DNA of 64,000 nucleotides from Candidatus Microgenomates bacterium (GTDB lineage Bacteria; Patescibacteriota; Microgenomatia; UBA8517): NCBI GenBank assembly GCA_049523135.1, contig JBEKNE010000001.1, positions 287,770 to 351,769 of the forward strand, read 5' to 3'. Shown piece by piece: positions 28,013 to 37,702 of this stretch (position 1 is its first letter; each line of letters starts with the position of its first letter). The notes under the pieces were generated by a model. It saw only the letters and a program-made list of their open reading frames with translations, ran no database searches and was not told where the DNA came from. The position numbers and the translations under genes were made by a program.

Positions 28013-28642
28013 CTACTTTGATCCTCTCCACTTGTCGATTTCCGCGTGGTTTCCTGAAAGAAGAACACCCGGCACTTTCCAGCCTTTATAATCTTCAGGT
28101 CGAGTGTACTGGGGGTATTCCAGATATCCGGGCTCTTTGTGTGACTCGTCAACTGAAGATTCATCCTTTCCCAAAACTCCGGGGATAAGCCGAATTACGC
28201 TATCGACAAGAACCATTGCTGGAATTTCTCCGCCCGTCAGAACATAATCCCCAATCGAAATCACTTCGTTGGCGAGATGCTCGTGAACCCTGTGATCGAC
28301 TCCTTCATAATGTCCGGCAATTAAAATTAAATGCTTGTCTTTTGAAAATTCTTTGGCTTTTCCTTCCGTGTATCTTTCACCGGTGGCATCCAGCAGAATT
28401 ACCTTTGAGTTTTTCTTTTTCAAGTCCTTTAGGGCGGCAGCTATTATATCAACCCTCATAATCATTCCGACCCCGCCTCCATATGGTCTATCATCAACAT
28501 TTCTTCTTTCTCCCTCTCCCCACTTTCTAAGGTCGTGAACCTCAATCTTGATCAAATTGCGGGATTCAGCGCGCTTGATAATCGAAGCGTCAAAAGGCCC
28601 TTTGAACATATCCGGAAAAAGGGTGAGAATGTCAATTTTCAT
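28013..28642 (-). CDS. trmD: tRNA (guanine37-N1)-methyltransferase
   Basis: MKIDILTLFPDMF N-terminus and the SPOUT knot motifs GHYEGVDHRV and GGEIPAMVLVD. Confidence 0.9.
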   Translation of the reverse strand: MKIDILTLFPDMFKGPFDASIIKRAESRNLIKIEVHDLRKWGEGERRNVDDRPYGGGVGMIMRVDIIAAALKDLKKKNSKVILLDATGERYTEGKAKEFSKDKHLILIAGHYEGVDHRVHEHLANEVISIGDYVLTGGEIPAMVLVDSVIRLIPGVLGKDESSVDESHKEPGYLEYPQYTRPEDYKGWKVPGVLLSGNHAEIDKWRGSK

Positions 28643-28665
28643 AGGTCTATTGTATCATTTATGTA

Positions 28666-29814
28666 ATGGAAAAAGTCGTAATTGTCATGCCAGCCTGGAA
28701 CGAGGCTGAAAATATCAAGAAAATGATCGAAGTTCTTGTTAAACAGGAATTTCCAAAAATTGATGCAGATATGCAGCTTCTCATTGTTGATAACCACTCG
28801 ACTGACGGAACAACTGAGATTGCCGAAAAAGCCTCAAAAGCTTATAGTCATGTACATATAATTCAGCAAGATAAACCGGGCTTGGGTTGGGCTTATGTGA
28901 GGGGAATGCAGTATGCAGTAACCGAACTCAAAGCGGATGCTGTAATGGAGATGGATGCGGATTTTCAACACCCTCCACACTTCGTTAAACCGATGGTGGA
29001 TGCCTATTTGTCCGGAGCTGAGTACTGCATCGGTAGCCGTTATATCAAGGGCGGTTCGGTACCATCAGAATGGGCGGTAAGCCGGAAGGCAGTAAGCTTT
29101 TTTGGTAATTTATATATCCGTTTGGTTCTTCTTAATTTTAAAATTCATGATTTGACTACCGGCTTTCGTTTAACAAAAGTTAAGGGAGTTCTTGATAAAA
29201 TTGATCTGGAAAAACTTCAGGACCTTGACCGCTTTGCTTATAAAGTTGATCTCCTTTATCAGTCACTCAAAAATTCTAAGAAAACTATAGAAGTTCCACT
29301 TGAATTTGCTTCCCGTACAATGGATAAATCCAAATTTAATTGGAAAGAAATGATTGCAACATTTAAAGTAGCAACGATATTGGGAATAAAAGATAAACAG
29401 AGGTTTATAAAATTTGGAACGGTAGGATTTATCGGATATTTGATTAATGCAATTACTCTTAAAATTTTAACCGGTTTGAATTCTCCGAGTATTGTTGCAT
29501 GGTCTGTACCGGTTGAACTTTCAATTATCAGTAATTTTACCCTGAATAATATTTGGACTTTTAAGAATGAGAAAATTACCGGATTATTCGCTGTAATTAA
29601 AAAATTCCTTGTTTTTAACGGAACGTCTTTGGGGGCTCTCCTTATCCAAACGGTTGCGGGGATTATAAGCGACAGATTTTTGGGAATTGGTGCAAGACAG
29701 ATAACACTGCCTTTCATAATTGTCTTTCTGGTTCTGCCTTTTAACTACCTAATGTATAACCTGGTTATCTGGAGAACTTGGAAGTTTCCGAAGCTCTTCG
29801 GAAAGAGAAGTTAA
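28666..29814 (+). CDS. Polyprenyl-phosphate sugar synthase (Dpm1/GtrB/CsbB-like GT2) fused to a C-terminal GtrA-like 4-TM flippase-type domain
   Basis: N-terminal GT-A with VVIVMPAWNEAENI, LLIVDNHSTDGT and MEMDADFQHPP (DAD motif). The C-terminal ~130 aa are hydrophobic with a GtrA-like pattern (FIKFGTVGFIGYLINAITL...NNIWTF). Confidence 0.8.
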   Translation: MEKVVIVMPAWNEAENIKKMIEVLVKQEFPKIDADMQLLIVDNHSTDGTTEIAEKASKAYSHVHIIQQDKPGLGWAYVRGMQYAVTELKADAVMEMDADFQHPPHFVKPMVDAYLSGAEYCIGSRYIKGGSVPSEWAVSRKAVSFFGNLYIRLVLLNFKIHDLTTGFRLTKVKGVLDKIDLEKLQDLDRFAYKVDLLYQSLKNSKKTIEVPLEFASRTMDKSKFNWKEMIATFKVATILGIKDKQRFIKFGTVGFIGYLINAITLKILTGLNSPSIVAWSVPVELSIISNFTLNNIWTFKNEKITGLFAVIKKFLVFNGTSLGALLIQTVAGIISDRFLGIGARQITLPFIIVFLVLPFNYLMYNLVIWRTWKFPKLFGKRS

Positions 29815-30042
29815 TTTTTCGGCATCAGCTTGCTGCTGTCTTTTTACCAATACGGCAACAGTTAATATTTGATCTTGGGTTGCCTGATAGACAATAATTC
29901 CGCTTTCGATATGGATTTCTTCTCCTGGGATATGAACGGACTCTTTCTGTTTAAGTTCCAATTTAGGACGCTCAGGTAGGAAACCGTTAGCTGTAGGATT
30001 TAGATAATGGTCTTTTTCTCGCCAAAATTCCGGAACTCTCAT
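29749..30042 (-). CDS. RelE/YoeB-superfamily toxin-like small ORF; possibly a degraded remnant
   Basis: ESGIIVYQATQDQILTVAVLVKRQ resembles the RelE/YoeB C-terminal beta-sheet. There is no partner antitoxin ORF, and it overlaps the 3' end of the convergent upstream gene. Confidence 0.3.
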   Translation of the reverse strand: MRVPEFWREKDHYLNPTANGFLPERPKLELKQKESVHIPGEEIHIESGIIVYQATQDQILTVAVLVKRQQQADAEKLTSLSEELRKLPSSPDNQVIH

Positions 30043-30084
30043 AGATAATCTATTAGTCGGAGCTGACGTTAAAAACCCACGGAT

Positions 30085-31275
30085 TTAGAGGAATGGGGCC
30101 CAGTTGGCTATCGGCATTACGTTTTGGGAAATGAAGGCAAGAGAGTAAAGATAAATCGGAATAATTATTACAACTAGAATTATCTTGAATTCTTTTTTGA
30201 CAAGAAAATCTGAGAAAGCCACGAAAAGGAACGGAACTGCGGGTAGAAAATATCGCAAGATGTCCCTATGGGCTACAAAAAGTATCATCAGGAAAAATAT
30301 TCCGGTAAAAGAAGCCAATTCGTATTCTTTCTTCTGGAAAAGTTTGTAAACTCCCAAAGCCCCGATTGCGTAAATAAAGATGATTTCTTCGAGCCAGAAA
30401 GTTCCCACCCAGGGAGCGGAGTAATTGAATATAGCAAATGGTGGAAACATCAGATGAATATTGTCTCCGGATTGAAAATATGCCCAGAAACTCCCTTGGG
30501 TAATTTTATAAATGGAAAATACTAAAACCAAACTCAAGGGAATTAGCAGTAATGGATAAATTTTTTTCAGGTTAATGCCATCCAAAAATTTTTTGATGGG
30601 AGAAACCAATCTGTTTTGGATAATCGGGATTAAAAAGTAAATTGCATAGGAGACAAAAAGTAAAATCCCCGGAGATTTAGTTAGTGTGGCAACAGCACCC
30701 CAAATTCCGCTTGCCCAATATTTTTTATTTTTGAAATAGTATACGGAGGCAATAACTCCCGCTACGAATAGTGGATCGACGGATCCCACAGAGCGCACAA
30801 TTAGCCACCTGGCAGGAAGAATCGAGAAAAGAAATGTCAGAAACATTACATTTTTGGGTTCAACGTATTGAGAAATAAGTTTTTCAAAGAAATAAATTGC
30901 GAGGACGGAGGAGGCGAGAGTTACCAAAAGCATTGCGTACGGGTAATTTGTGACAACTCCCAAGGCTTTAATTAAAAGGGGAAACAGAGGGAAATGGGCT
31001 GCATAATACTCGGCCGGCAGGGGAAACTGGAAATTGGCTTCAATCTGGGATTTGTTGTAGAGAGTTTTGGCAACAACCATATATAAGGGTCCGTCATAAT
31101 TGGCGACAATCGTCTCCATACCATTTTGAGGAAGCGGAATTGTCCAAAATGAAGAAAGTCTGAAGAAAAACGGCAGCCAGATAAGAATCGTTGGAATCAG
31201 GGAAAAAGCGAGGATAGGTAAAAATCTTTTGATTCTGTCTGCCATTACTAAGATATTAGCACGTTGTACGCTCAA
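30085..31275 (-). CDS. Polytopic GT-C-type membrane glycosyltransferase (GT87/DUF2029/PIG-M-like mannosyltransferase family)
   Basis: About 11 TM helices with a conserved segment (AVATLTKSPGILLFVSYAIYFL) similar to 52316..53515. Sits between two Dpm1-like synthase genes. The start may instead be the internal ATG at 31245. Confidence 0.55.
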   Translation of the reverse strand: MSVQRANILVMADRIKRFLPILAFSLIPTILIWLPFFFRLSSFWTIPLPQNGMETIVANYDGPLYMVVAKTLYNKSQIEANFQFPLPAEYYAAHFPLFPLLIKALGVVTNYPYAMLLVTLASSVLAIYFFEKLISQYVEPKNVMFLTFLFSILPARWLIVRSVGSVDPLFVAGVIASVYYFKNKKYWASGIWGAVATLTKSPGILLFVSYAIYFLIPIIQNRLVSPIKKFLDGINLKKIYPLLLIPLSLVLVFSIYKITQGSFWAYFQSGDNIHLMFPPFAIFNYSAPWVGTFWLEEIIFIYAIGALGVYKLFQKKEYELASFTGIFFLMILFVAHRDILRYFLPAVPFLFVAFSDFLVKKEFKIILVVIIIPIYLYSLAFISQNVMPIANWAPFL

Positions 31276-31293
31276 TATGCTAGACTTTTAGGT

Positions 31294-32004
31294 ATGGTGA
31301 AAATAATCGATGAGCTTTCAGTTTTTCTCCCGGCTTATAACGAGGAGGAAAATATTAAGAACGCGGTCTTGCATGTCAGAGAAGTTCTTGAGGATGTTGC
31401 CAAAAAATGGGAAATAGTAATCGTAAATGACGGATCAGAAGATAGGACTGTTGTTATTGCAAACGAGCTAGAAAAAAGCGACAAAAGAATAAAAATAATT
31501 AATCATGCTCAAAATCGCGGTTATGGGGCATCACTTGCCTCAGGATTTTATGCAAGTAAATATAGCTGGATTGCCTTTATTGATTCGGATGGACAATTTG
31601 ATTTTGGTGAAATCACCAAATTTATAGATAAGCAGAAAGAAACCCAGGCAGATTTAGTAATCGGTTACTACAAGAATAGAAAAGTATCTTTTACTAAAGT
31701 TTTAACAAGTAAAATTTGGGAGGCGTTTGTATTTACTTTGTTTGGTTTAAAAGTACGTGATATAGATTGTGCTTTCAAACTGGTTTCAAAAAGAGTTATT
31801 GATGCAATTCCGCGCCTTGAAAGCGAGAGGGGTGCATTTATCAGCAGTGAACTTTTAATAAAGGCCAAAAAAAAAGGCTTCAGGATTGCGGAAGTCCCCG
31901 TAAATCACTACCCCAGGCTCAAAGGTAAGGGCACGGGCAGAAATTTAAATGTGATAATAAAGAGTTTCAACGATTTATTTAAACTTTGGAGAAAAATAAA
32001 ATGA
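31294..32004 (+). CDS. Polyprenyl-phosphate sugar synthase (Dpm1/GtrB-like GT2)
   Basis: LSVFLPAYNEEENI, IVIVNDGSEDRT and FIDSDGQF (DxD) motifs, plus a short C-terminal amphipathic region. The internal ATG was chosen to avoid a divergent overlap. Confidence 0.8.
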   Translation: MVKIIDELSVFLPAYNEEENIKNAVLHVREVLEDVAKKWEIVIVNDGSEDRTVVIANELEKSDKRIKIINHAQNRGYGASLASGFYASKYSWIAFIDSDGQFDFGEITKFIDKQKETQADLVIGYYKNRKVSFTKVLTSKIWEAFVFTLFGLKVRDIDCAFKLVSKRVIDAIPRLESERGAFISSELLIKAKKKGFRIAEVPVNHYPRLKGKGTGRNLNVIIKSFNDLFKLWRKIK

Positions 32005-33542
32005 AGAAGGCTGTAAAATTCTTTATCGATTGGATAAAAAATAATAAAGGAGAAGCGATAATTTTGGGAATTATCCTGATTGTTGCCGCCTTTTGCCGTC
32101 TTTACAAAATTGACCAATATATGACTTTTTTGGGAGACGAGGGGAGAGATGTGATTGCGGTCAGGAAAATTTTTACCGAACTCCACCCAACCCTAATTGG
32201 CCCCGGAACTTCTGTAGGAAATATGTATTTGGGTCCTCTTTATTATTACATGATGGCGGTTCCTCTCTTACTCGCTGGTTTTTCACCCGTAGGTCCTGCG
32301 GTTATGATTGCAATTTTAGGGGTAATCACGGTTTTATTCATTTGGTATGTAACCTGGATTTGGTTTAATAAGAAAGCCGCTTTAGTTGCAGCAGGACTTT
32401 ATGCAATTTCACCGACTATAATTTATTATTCAAGATCATCCTGGAATCCAAATATAATGCCCTTTTTCGCCCTACTTTCGGTATTTTCAGTCTGGAAAGT
32501 CTGGAAAGAAAGAAAATTTAACTGGATTATTGTGATGGGGCTTTCTTTTGCTTTTGTTCTTCAGTCACATTATATGGGTTTTCTTCTAACCCCAACTCTT
32601 TTTATTTTTTGGCTTTTAACTTTATTAAAGGTCAGAAAAACAAATTTACAAAAATCTTTTATCAGAAAATCCATTATTGGTTTTGCCGGTTTTTTGGTTT
32701 TAATGAGTCCGCTTTTCATTTTTGACATCAGACATGATTGGATGAATGCCAAGGCTTTTTATGCATTTCTTACAACCAGTCAGGGGACTTTATCGGTTAA
32801 TCCCCTGATTAGTATTTTAAAAATTCCTGCGATGCTAAATCTCGTTTACGGAAGTCTTATTGGGACCAAAAATCCTCTTATTTCAATAGTAATATCAGTC
32901 GCAATTGTTGCTGGAATAGTTTGGGCCTTACTTAGAAATTATTTGGCTAATAAAAACTTCAAAATTTCCGGGGAATATTGGGTTCTTATTTCTTGGCTGG
33001 GTTTTGGTCTTTTAGGACTCGGAATGTATAGACAAAATATTTACGATCATTATTTTGGTTTTCTCTTTGTTGTTCCGTTTATTTTACTTGGAATATTTGT
33101 TTCATATCTTTTGGAAGACGGCAAAATTTTGAAATTGCTTGGGGCAATTGCAATTTTATACTTGGTTGCCATAAATTTATTGGCAAGTCCATTGAGGAAA
33201 GAACCCAACAAACTTTTACAAAGGAGTATTGACGTTTCTAAAGTTATTGAAAAGGAAAGCGAAGATAAACCTTTTAACTTGGCTGTTATTGCAGATAATA
33301 ATTATGAAGCAGGTTATGAATATTTTCTTTTAAAAGATAACTATCCGGTTGTCGAGATTGATTCCCAAAAACCTGATACAATAACAAGTCAACTTTTAGC
33401 AGTTTGTGAACTGATCCCGAACAGTAAATGTGACCCGACTCATAATCCCAAGGCCCAAGTTGCCAATTTCGGATGGAGTAAAATAGAAGGAAGTTGGAAT
33501 GTTGATGGAGTAATAGTATATAAATTAGTGCATTCGAAATGA
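32001..33542 (+). CDS. GT-C membrane glycosyltransferase, PMT_2/ArnT-like (family A1)
   Basis: Many TM helices. The first extracytoplasmic loop carries FLGDEGRD, and GPGTSVGNMYLGPLYYY is shared with 34506.. and 42730... Start at the ATG overlapping the upstream stop (ATGA). Confidence 0.7.
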   Translation: MKKAVKFFIDWIKNNKGEAIILGIILIVAAFCRLYKIDQYMTFLGDEGRDVIAVRKIFTELHPTLIGPGTSVGNMYLGPLYYYMMAVPLLLAGFSPVGPAVMIAILGVITVLFIWYVTWIWFNKKAALVAAGLYAISPTIIYYSRSSWNPNIMPFFALLSVFSVWKVWKERKFNWIIVMGLSFAFVLQSHYMGFLLTPTLFIFWLLTLLKVRKTNLQKSFIRKSIIGFAGFLVLMSPLFIFDIRHDWMNAKAFYAFLTTSQGTLSVNPLISILKIPAMLNLVYGSLIGTKNPLISIVISVAIVAGIVWALLRNYLANKNFKISGEYWVLISWLGFGLLGLGMYRQNIYDHYFGFLFVVPFILLGIFVSYLLEDGKILKLLGAIAILYLVAINLLASPLRKEPNKLLQRSIDVSKVIEKESEDKPFNLAVIADNNYEAGYEYFLLKDNYPVVEIDSQKPDTITSQLLAVCELIPNSKCDPTHNPKAQVANFGWSKIEGSWNVDGVIVYKLVHSK

Positions 33543-34522
33543 ATTACAAATTATCAACAAAAATATTGGAGGAAATTAAAAAGGCGGATAAGATTTTGGT
33601 TAATTGTCACAGGGGTCCGGATTCCGATTCGGTGGGAAGCGCCTTAGCCCTAAAGAGCGTCCTGGAGGCTATGGGCAAAGAAGTGCTGGTAATTTGCCCC
33701 AGTGATATTCCTTCCGATTTAACATTTCTTCTAGGCTCCGATTCTATTAAAAGGGTTAATTTTTCCAGTTTTGATTTTTCAAAACAAGATCTCTTTCTTG
33801 CGATAGATTCTTCCAATTATGCCATGGTCACAGGACTGAAAGATTCAAATAAACCAAGCATTAAAACTATTGTTATGGATCATCATTTTTCCAATGACAA
33901 ATTTGGCAAAATTAATTTAATTGATGCCAAAATAACTTCAACAGGGGAACTCCTTTTTAGAGTTTTTGAAGATTGGAAGATAAAAATCGATAAAGATGTA
34001 GCTGAATGCCTTTTGACAGGAATAATAGGAGATACGGGGTCATTTCAGTATCAGAATGTTGGTCAGGAGACTCTTAGAGTTGCGGCCACTCTTATGGAAA
34101 AAGGTGCGGATAAAGACAAAATTATTTATAACATTTATAGAAACATTGATTTTAAAGAAGTCAAAATGTGGGGAAAGTTTATTGAAAGCATGATGATTGA
34201 GGACAACTTTGTTTGGGCAGCAATTTCCCTTGCTACGTATAAAGATTTTGGTGAATATCCTTACGCAAAAGAAGATGTTGCCAATTTATTTTTTCCGATA
34301 GTCAAAGGAACTGATTTTGGAATCGTAATGGTTGAGACAAACGAAAATGTTTTATCGGTAAGCTTCAGATCACGTTCCGGATATGATGTAAGTAAAATTG
34401 CAGAGGAAGTTGGCGGCGGCGGCCATAAAGCTGCTTCAGGTGCAAGGATTGAAGGACTGCCTTTTCAGAATGCTGTAAACAAAGTTCTCACTGCAGCCAG
34501 AAAATATGCTAAAAAAGCTTAA
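33539..34522 (+). CDS. nrnA: DHH/DHHA1 phosphoesterase (NrnA-like nanoRNase/pAp phosphatase)
   Basis: DHH motifs (HRGPDSDSVGS, MDHHFSN) and a DHHA1 GGGGH motif near the C-terminus. Confidence 0.8.
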   Translation: MNYKLSTKILEEIKKADKILVNCHRGPDSDSVGSALALKSVLEAMGKEVLVICPSDIPSDLTFLLGSDSIKRVNFSSFDFSKQDLFLAIDSSNYAMVTGLKDSNKPSIKTIVMDHHFSNDKFGKINLIDAKITSTGELLFRVFEDWKIKIDKDVAECLLTGIIGDTGSFQYQNVGQETLRVAATLMEKGADKDKIIYNIYRNIDFKEVKMWGKFIESMMIEDNFVWAAISLATYKDFGEYPYAKEDVANLFFPIVKGTDFGIVMVETNENVLSVSFRSRSGYDVSKIAEEVGGGGHKAASGARIEGLPFQNAVNKVLTAARKYAKKA

Positions 34523-36008
34523 ATGTTCTTTGACCCTACAAGCCGTTTTACTTCTCGTAATTCTTGTATTGGCTTTTGTCATAAGGGTTCTGAATATTGG
34601 TAATATCCTAAATTTTTATTACGATCAAGGACGGGATGCACTCGTAATTTGGGATTTAATTCATCTGCATAAATTTTTCTTAATAGGCCCAACTACAGGT
34701 TTGGCGGGAATTTTCCGAGGTCCCTTTTATTACTATCTAATTGCCCCGTTTTATTTTATAGGAAGGGGAAATCCGATTTGGCCGTCAGTATTTTTAATTC
34801 TGACTTCAGTTGCAGCTGTTTTTTTGGTTTACTTATTGGGAACTGAAATTCGGGATAGAGCAACCGGATTAATTGCAGCCTTACTAACAAGTTTTTCATT
34901 TAATTTAATTCTTGCTTCAAGATGGCTTAGCAATTCTACGCCCATGCTTCTTCTTTCTTTGATTTTGGTCTGGGGGGTATTTAAGATAATGGATGGGAAG
35001 AAATGGGGCTGGACGGTAATTGCTTTAGTTTCCGGCTTGTCCCTTTTCAATTTTGGATCTTCGGGGGAACTTTTTTACCTTCCAGCTATTGTTATTTTTA
35101 TTATTTGGCAGTGGAAAAGCAGGCCCGATTGGAGAAATCTTGTTCTTTCCATACCCTTATTTGCTTTGACTTTTGCACCTTTAGTCCTTTTTGATTTGAA
35201 GCATCAACATATACTTTTACATAATTTACTTGGTACATTCGGAATCGGTAGTGGAAGTTTTGGTTTTCCTACGATTACTTATATTAAAGGTAGAACCTTG
35301 GATTATTTTGATATTTTTACCAATAAAGTTTTTCAGAGCCGCGGTATTTTGGAAAACATTTCCTTAAGTTTGACTGGTATTTCCTTTTTGGCATTTTTAC
35401 CTAAGTTTTTAAAAGATAAGAAAGTAAAAGTGTTGTTGCTATTTTTAGGATCTGCAGTTTTTGGACTTTATTTTTACCAAGGGAATGGCGGCACTTTATA
35501 TGATTATTACATGACTGGATACTATTTGATTTTTATTTTGCTTTTTGCAGTTATCTTGGGGGATATTTCGAAGTTGAAGATTTTCGGAAAAATTCTTATA
35601 TTCCTATTTTTATGTCTCTTTTTTGTAAATAACATTCCGATCACTCTTGAAAAAACTTTCTATACTTGCCAAGGGGATGCTTTTATATGTTTTAGTAGTC
35701 AAGAGCAAGCAATCAATTGGATTTATTCCAATGCTGGACGAAGAGACTTTAATGTAGATGAGTATGTTCCACCCGTAATCCCTTATTCATATAATTATCT
35801 GTTTATATGGCTTGGAACAACAAAATATAATAAGCTTCCCGTTGATTCTCAAATTTCTCTTTTATATACTTTATACGAAGTTGATCCTCCGCATCCTGAA
35901 CGCTTGCAAGCTTGGCTTGATAGGCAAAAAGGAATTGGAAAGGTGATTAAAGAACAATCTTTCGGTGGAATTACGGTTCAGGAAAGAGAAAGGATTACTA
36001 CGAAATGA
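34506..36008 (+). CDS. GT-C membrane glycosyltransferase, PMT_2/ArnT-like (family A1 paralog)
   Basis: YYDQGRD loop motif and GPTTGLAGIFRGPFYYY shared with 32001.. and 42730..; 500 aa, polytopic. Confidence 0.7.
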   Translation: MLKKLKCSLTLQAVLLLVILVLAFVIRVLNIGNILNFYYDQGRDALVIWDLIHLHKFFLIGPTTGLAGIFRGPFYYYLIAPFYFIGRGNPIWPSVFLILTSVAAVFLVYLLGTEIRDRATGLIAALLTSFSFNLILASRWLSNSTPMLLLSLILVWGVFKIMDGKKWGWTVIALVSGLSLFNFGSSGELFYLPAIVIFIIWQWKSRPDWRNLVLSIPLFALTFAPLVLFDLKHQHILLHNLLGTFGIGSGSFGFPTITYIKGRTLDYFDIFTNKVFQSRGILENISLSLTGISFLAFLPKFLKDKKVKVLLLFLGSAVFGLYFYQGNGGTLYDYYMTGYYLIFILLFAVILGDISKLKIFGKILIFLFLCLFFVNNIPITLEKTFYTCQGDAFICFSSQEQAINWIYSNAGRRDFNVDEYVPPVIPYSYNYLFIWLGTTKYNKLPVDSQISLLYTLYEVDPPHPERLQAWLDRQKGIGKVIKEQSFGGITVQERERITTK

Positions 36009-36751
36009 AACCATTTTTAAGTATTGTAATACCGGCCTACAATGAAGAATACAATCTTCGTACTGGTGTGTTGGACTCGGTTTATGATTATCTAGTTCAA
36101 CAAAAATATACATGGGAGATTTTATTTGTTGATGATAACTCAACTGACTCGACTTTAAAAATAGCCGAAGATTTTGCTCAAAAACATAAGTATTTTATGG
36201 TTTTGCCCGAACCTCATCGTGGAAAAGCGGGAACAGTTACGGCAGGAATACTAAAAGCAAAAGGTGAAATAATTCTTTTTACCGATACCGATCAAGCAAC
36301 TCCGATTGACCAAATAGAGAAAATCTTACCGAAGTTTAAGCAAGGCTTCGATGTTGTCATTGGATCCCGTCACGGTAGGGAAGGAGCACCCCTGAATCGA
36401 AAAATTATGGCATCCGGATTTTCCGCTTTACGTTTTATTATTCTCAGGCTTCCATTTAAAGATACCCAGTGCGGTTTTAAGGCCTTTACAAAAAAATCCG
36501 CGGAAGAGATTTTCAAACGCCTTCAGATATTTAGTTCCGGTAATGTAAATCAGGGCGCATCGGTTACTGCGGGGTTTGATTTGGAGGTTTTATATATTGC
36601 GAGAAAACTGGGTTATAAAATTGCGGAAGTTTCGGTTGACTGGCACCACAAAGAAGGAACCAGGGTTGATCCCATTAAAGATTCGATTGAGGGTCTGCGG
36701 GACCTTATAATGGTTCGTGTTAATGCTCTTCAGGGGAAATATAAAGTCTGA
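36005..36751 (+). CDS. Polyprenyl-phosphate sugar synthase (Dpm1/GtrB-like GT2)
   Basis: LSIVIPAYNEEYNL, LFVDDNSTDST and FTDTDQATP (DxD) motifs; ~250 aa. Confidence 0.8.
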   Translation: MKPFLSIVIPAYNEEYNLRTGVLDSVYDYLVQQKYTWEILFVDDNSTDSTLKIAEDFAQKHKYFMVLPEPHRGKAGTVTAGILKAKGEIILFTDTDQATPIDQIEKILPKFKQGFDVVIGSRHGREGAPLNRKIMASGFSALRFIILRLPFKDTQCGFKAFTKKSAEEIFKRLQIFSSGNVNQGASVTAGFDLEVLYIARKLGYKIAEVSVDWHHKEGTRVDPIKDSIEGLRDLIMVRVNALQGKYKV

Positions 36752-36805
36752 TTAGTCTTGGCTGGGATATCGAATGACTTCAAAATTAGTGCTACAATTA
36801 GGCTC

Positions 36806-37702
36806 ATGAATAGTCTTTCAGTTGTCATAAATGCTCAAAATGCAGAAAAAGATCTTCCAAGGGCATTCGTTTCTATAAAAAGCCTTGCCGACGAAGTTGT
36901 TGTTGTCGATCAGGAATCTACCGATAAAACAACTGAAATAGCCAAAAAGTTTGGTGCAAAAGTGTTTACCCACAAACATGTCGAATATGTAGAGTTAGCC
37001 AGAAATTTTGCTATCAGTAAGGCTTCTAAAGATTGGATCTTGATTTTGGATCCTGATGAAGAGATCTCGGAAACTTTAGTCAAGAAAATTAAAGAAATTG
37101 TTGAAAAAAATGACGCGGATTTCTGCCGGATTCCCAGGAAAAATATTATCTTTGGAAAGTGGATAGAACACACCGCATGGTGGCCGGATTATCAAATCAG
37201 ACTTTTTAAAAAAGGAAAAACTTCTTGGAATGAAATGATTCATTCTGTTCCTCTGACAATCGGAAAAGGAACGGATCTGCCTGCGGAAGAAAAATTTGCA
37301 ATAATTCACCACAATTACAATTCTGTTGAACAGTATTTGGAAAGATTAAATCGTTATACTTCTGTTCAATCCGAATTATTGTCTAAAGACGGTTATGAAT
37401 TTTCATGGAAAGACCTGATAGACAAACCTTTCAGGGAGTTTATTAATAGGTATTTTGTGGGAGAGGGATATAAAGATGGTTTGCACGGACTGGTTTTATC
37501 CTTCCTTCAGGCCTTTTCTGAACTGATCGTTTATGTAAAGATTTGGCAGATGAATAAATTTAAAGAAGAACGAATAGGTATCAAAGAAATTATTAATGAA
37601 ATGGGGGAAAAAGAAAAGGAACTTCATTTTTGGCAAAATGACACTTTATACAAAGAGACAAAAAAAATAAGTTACAAACTTCGCAGAAAATTAAAAATAT
37701 AA
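36806..37702 (+). CDS. GT2 glycosyltransferase, WaaE/KdtX-like
   Basis: LSVVINAQNAEKDL ... VVVVDQESTDKTTEIAKKFGAKVF ... ILILDPDEEI, plus a WWPDYQIRLF segment. Paralogous to 37703.. and 63717... Confidence 0.7.
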   Translation: MNSLSVVINAQNAEKDLPRAFVSIKSLADEVVVVDQESTDKTTEIAKKFGAKVFTHKHVEYVELARNFAISKASKDWILILDPDEEISETLVKKIKEIVEKNDADFCRIPRKNIIFGKWIEHTAWWPDYQIRLFKKGKTSWNEMIHSVPLTIGKGTDLPAEEKFAIIHHNYNSVEQYLERLNRYTSVQSELLSKDGYEFSWKDLIDKPFREFINRYFVGEGYKDGLHGLVLSFLQAFSELIVYVKIWQMNKFKEERIGIKEIINEMGEKEKELHFWQNDTLYKETKKISYKLRRKLKI

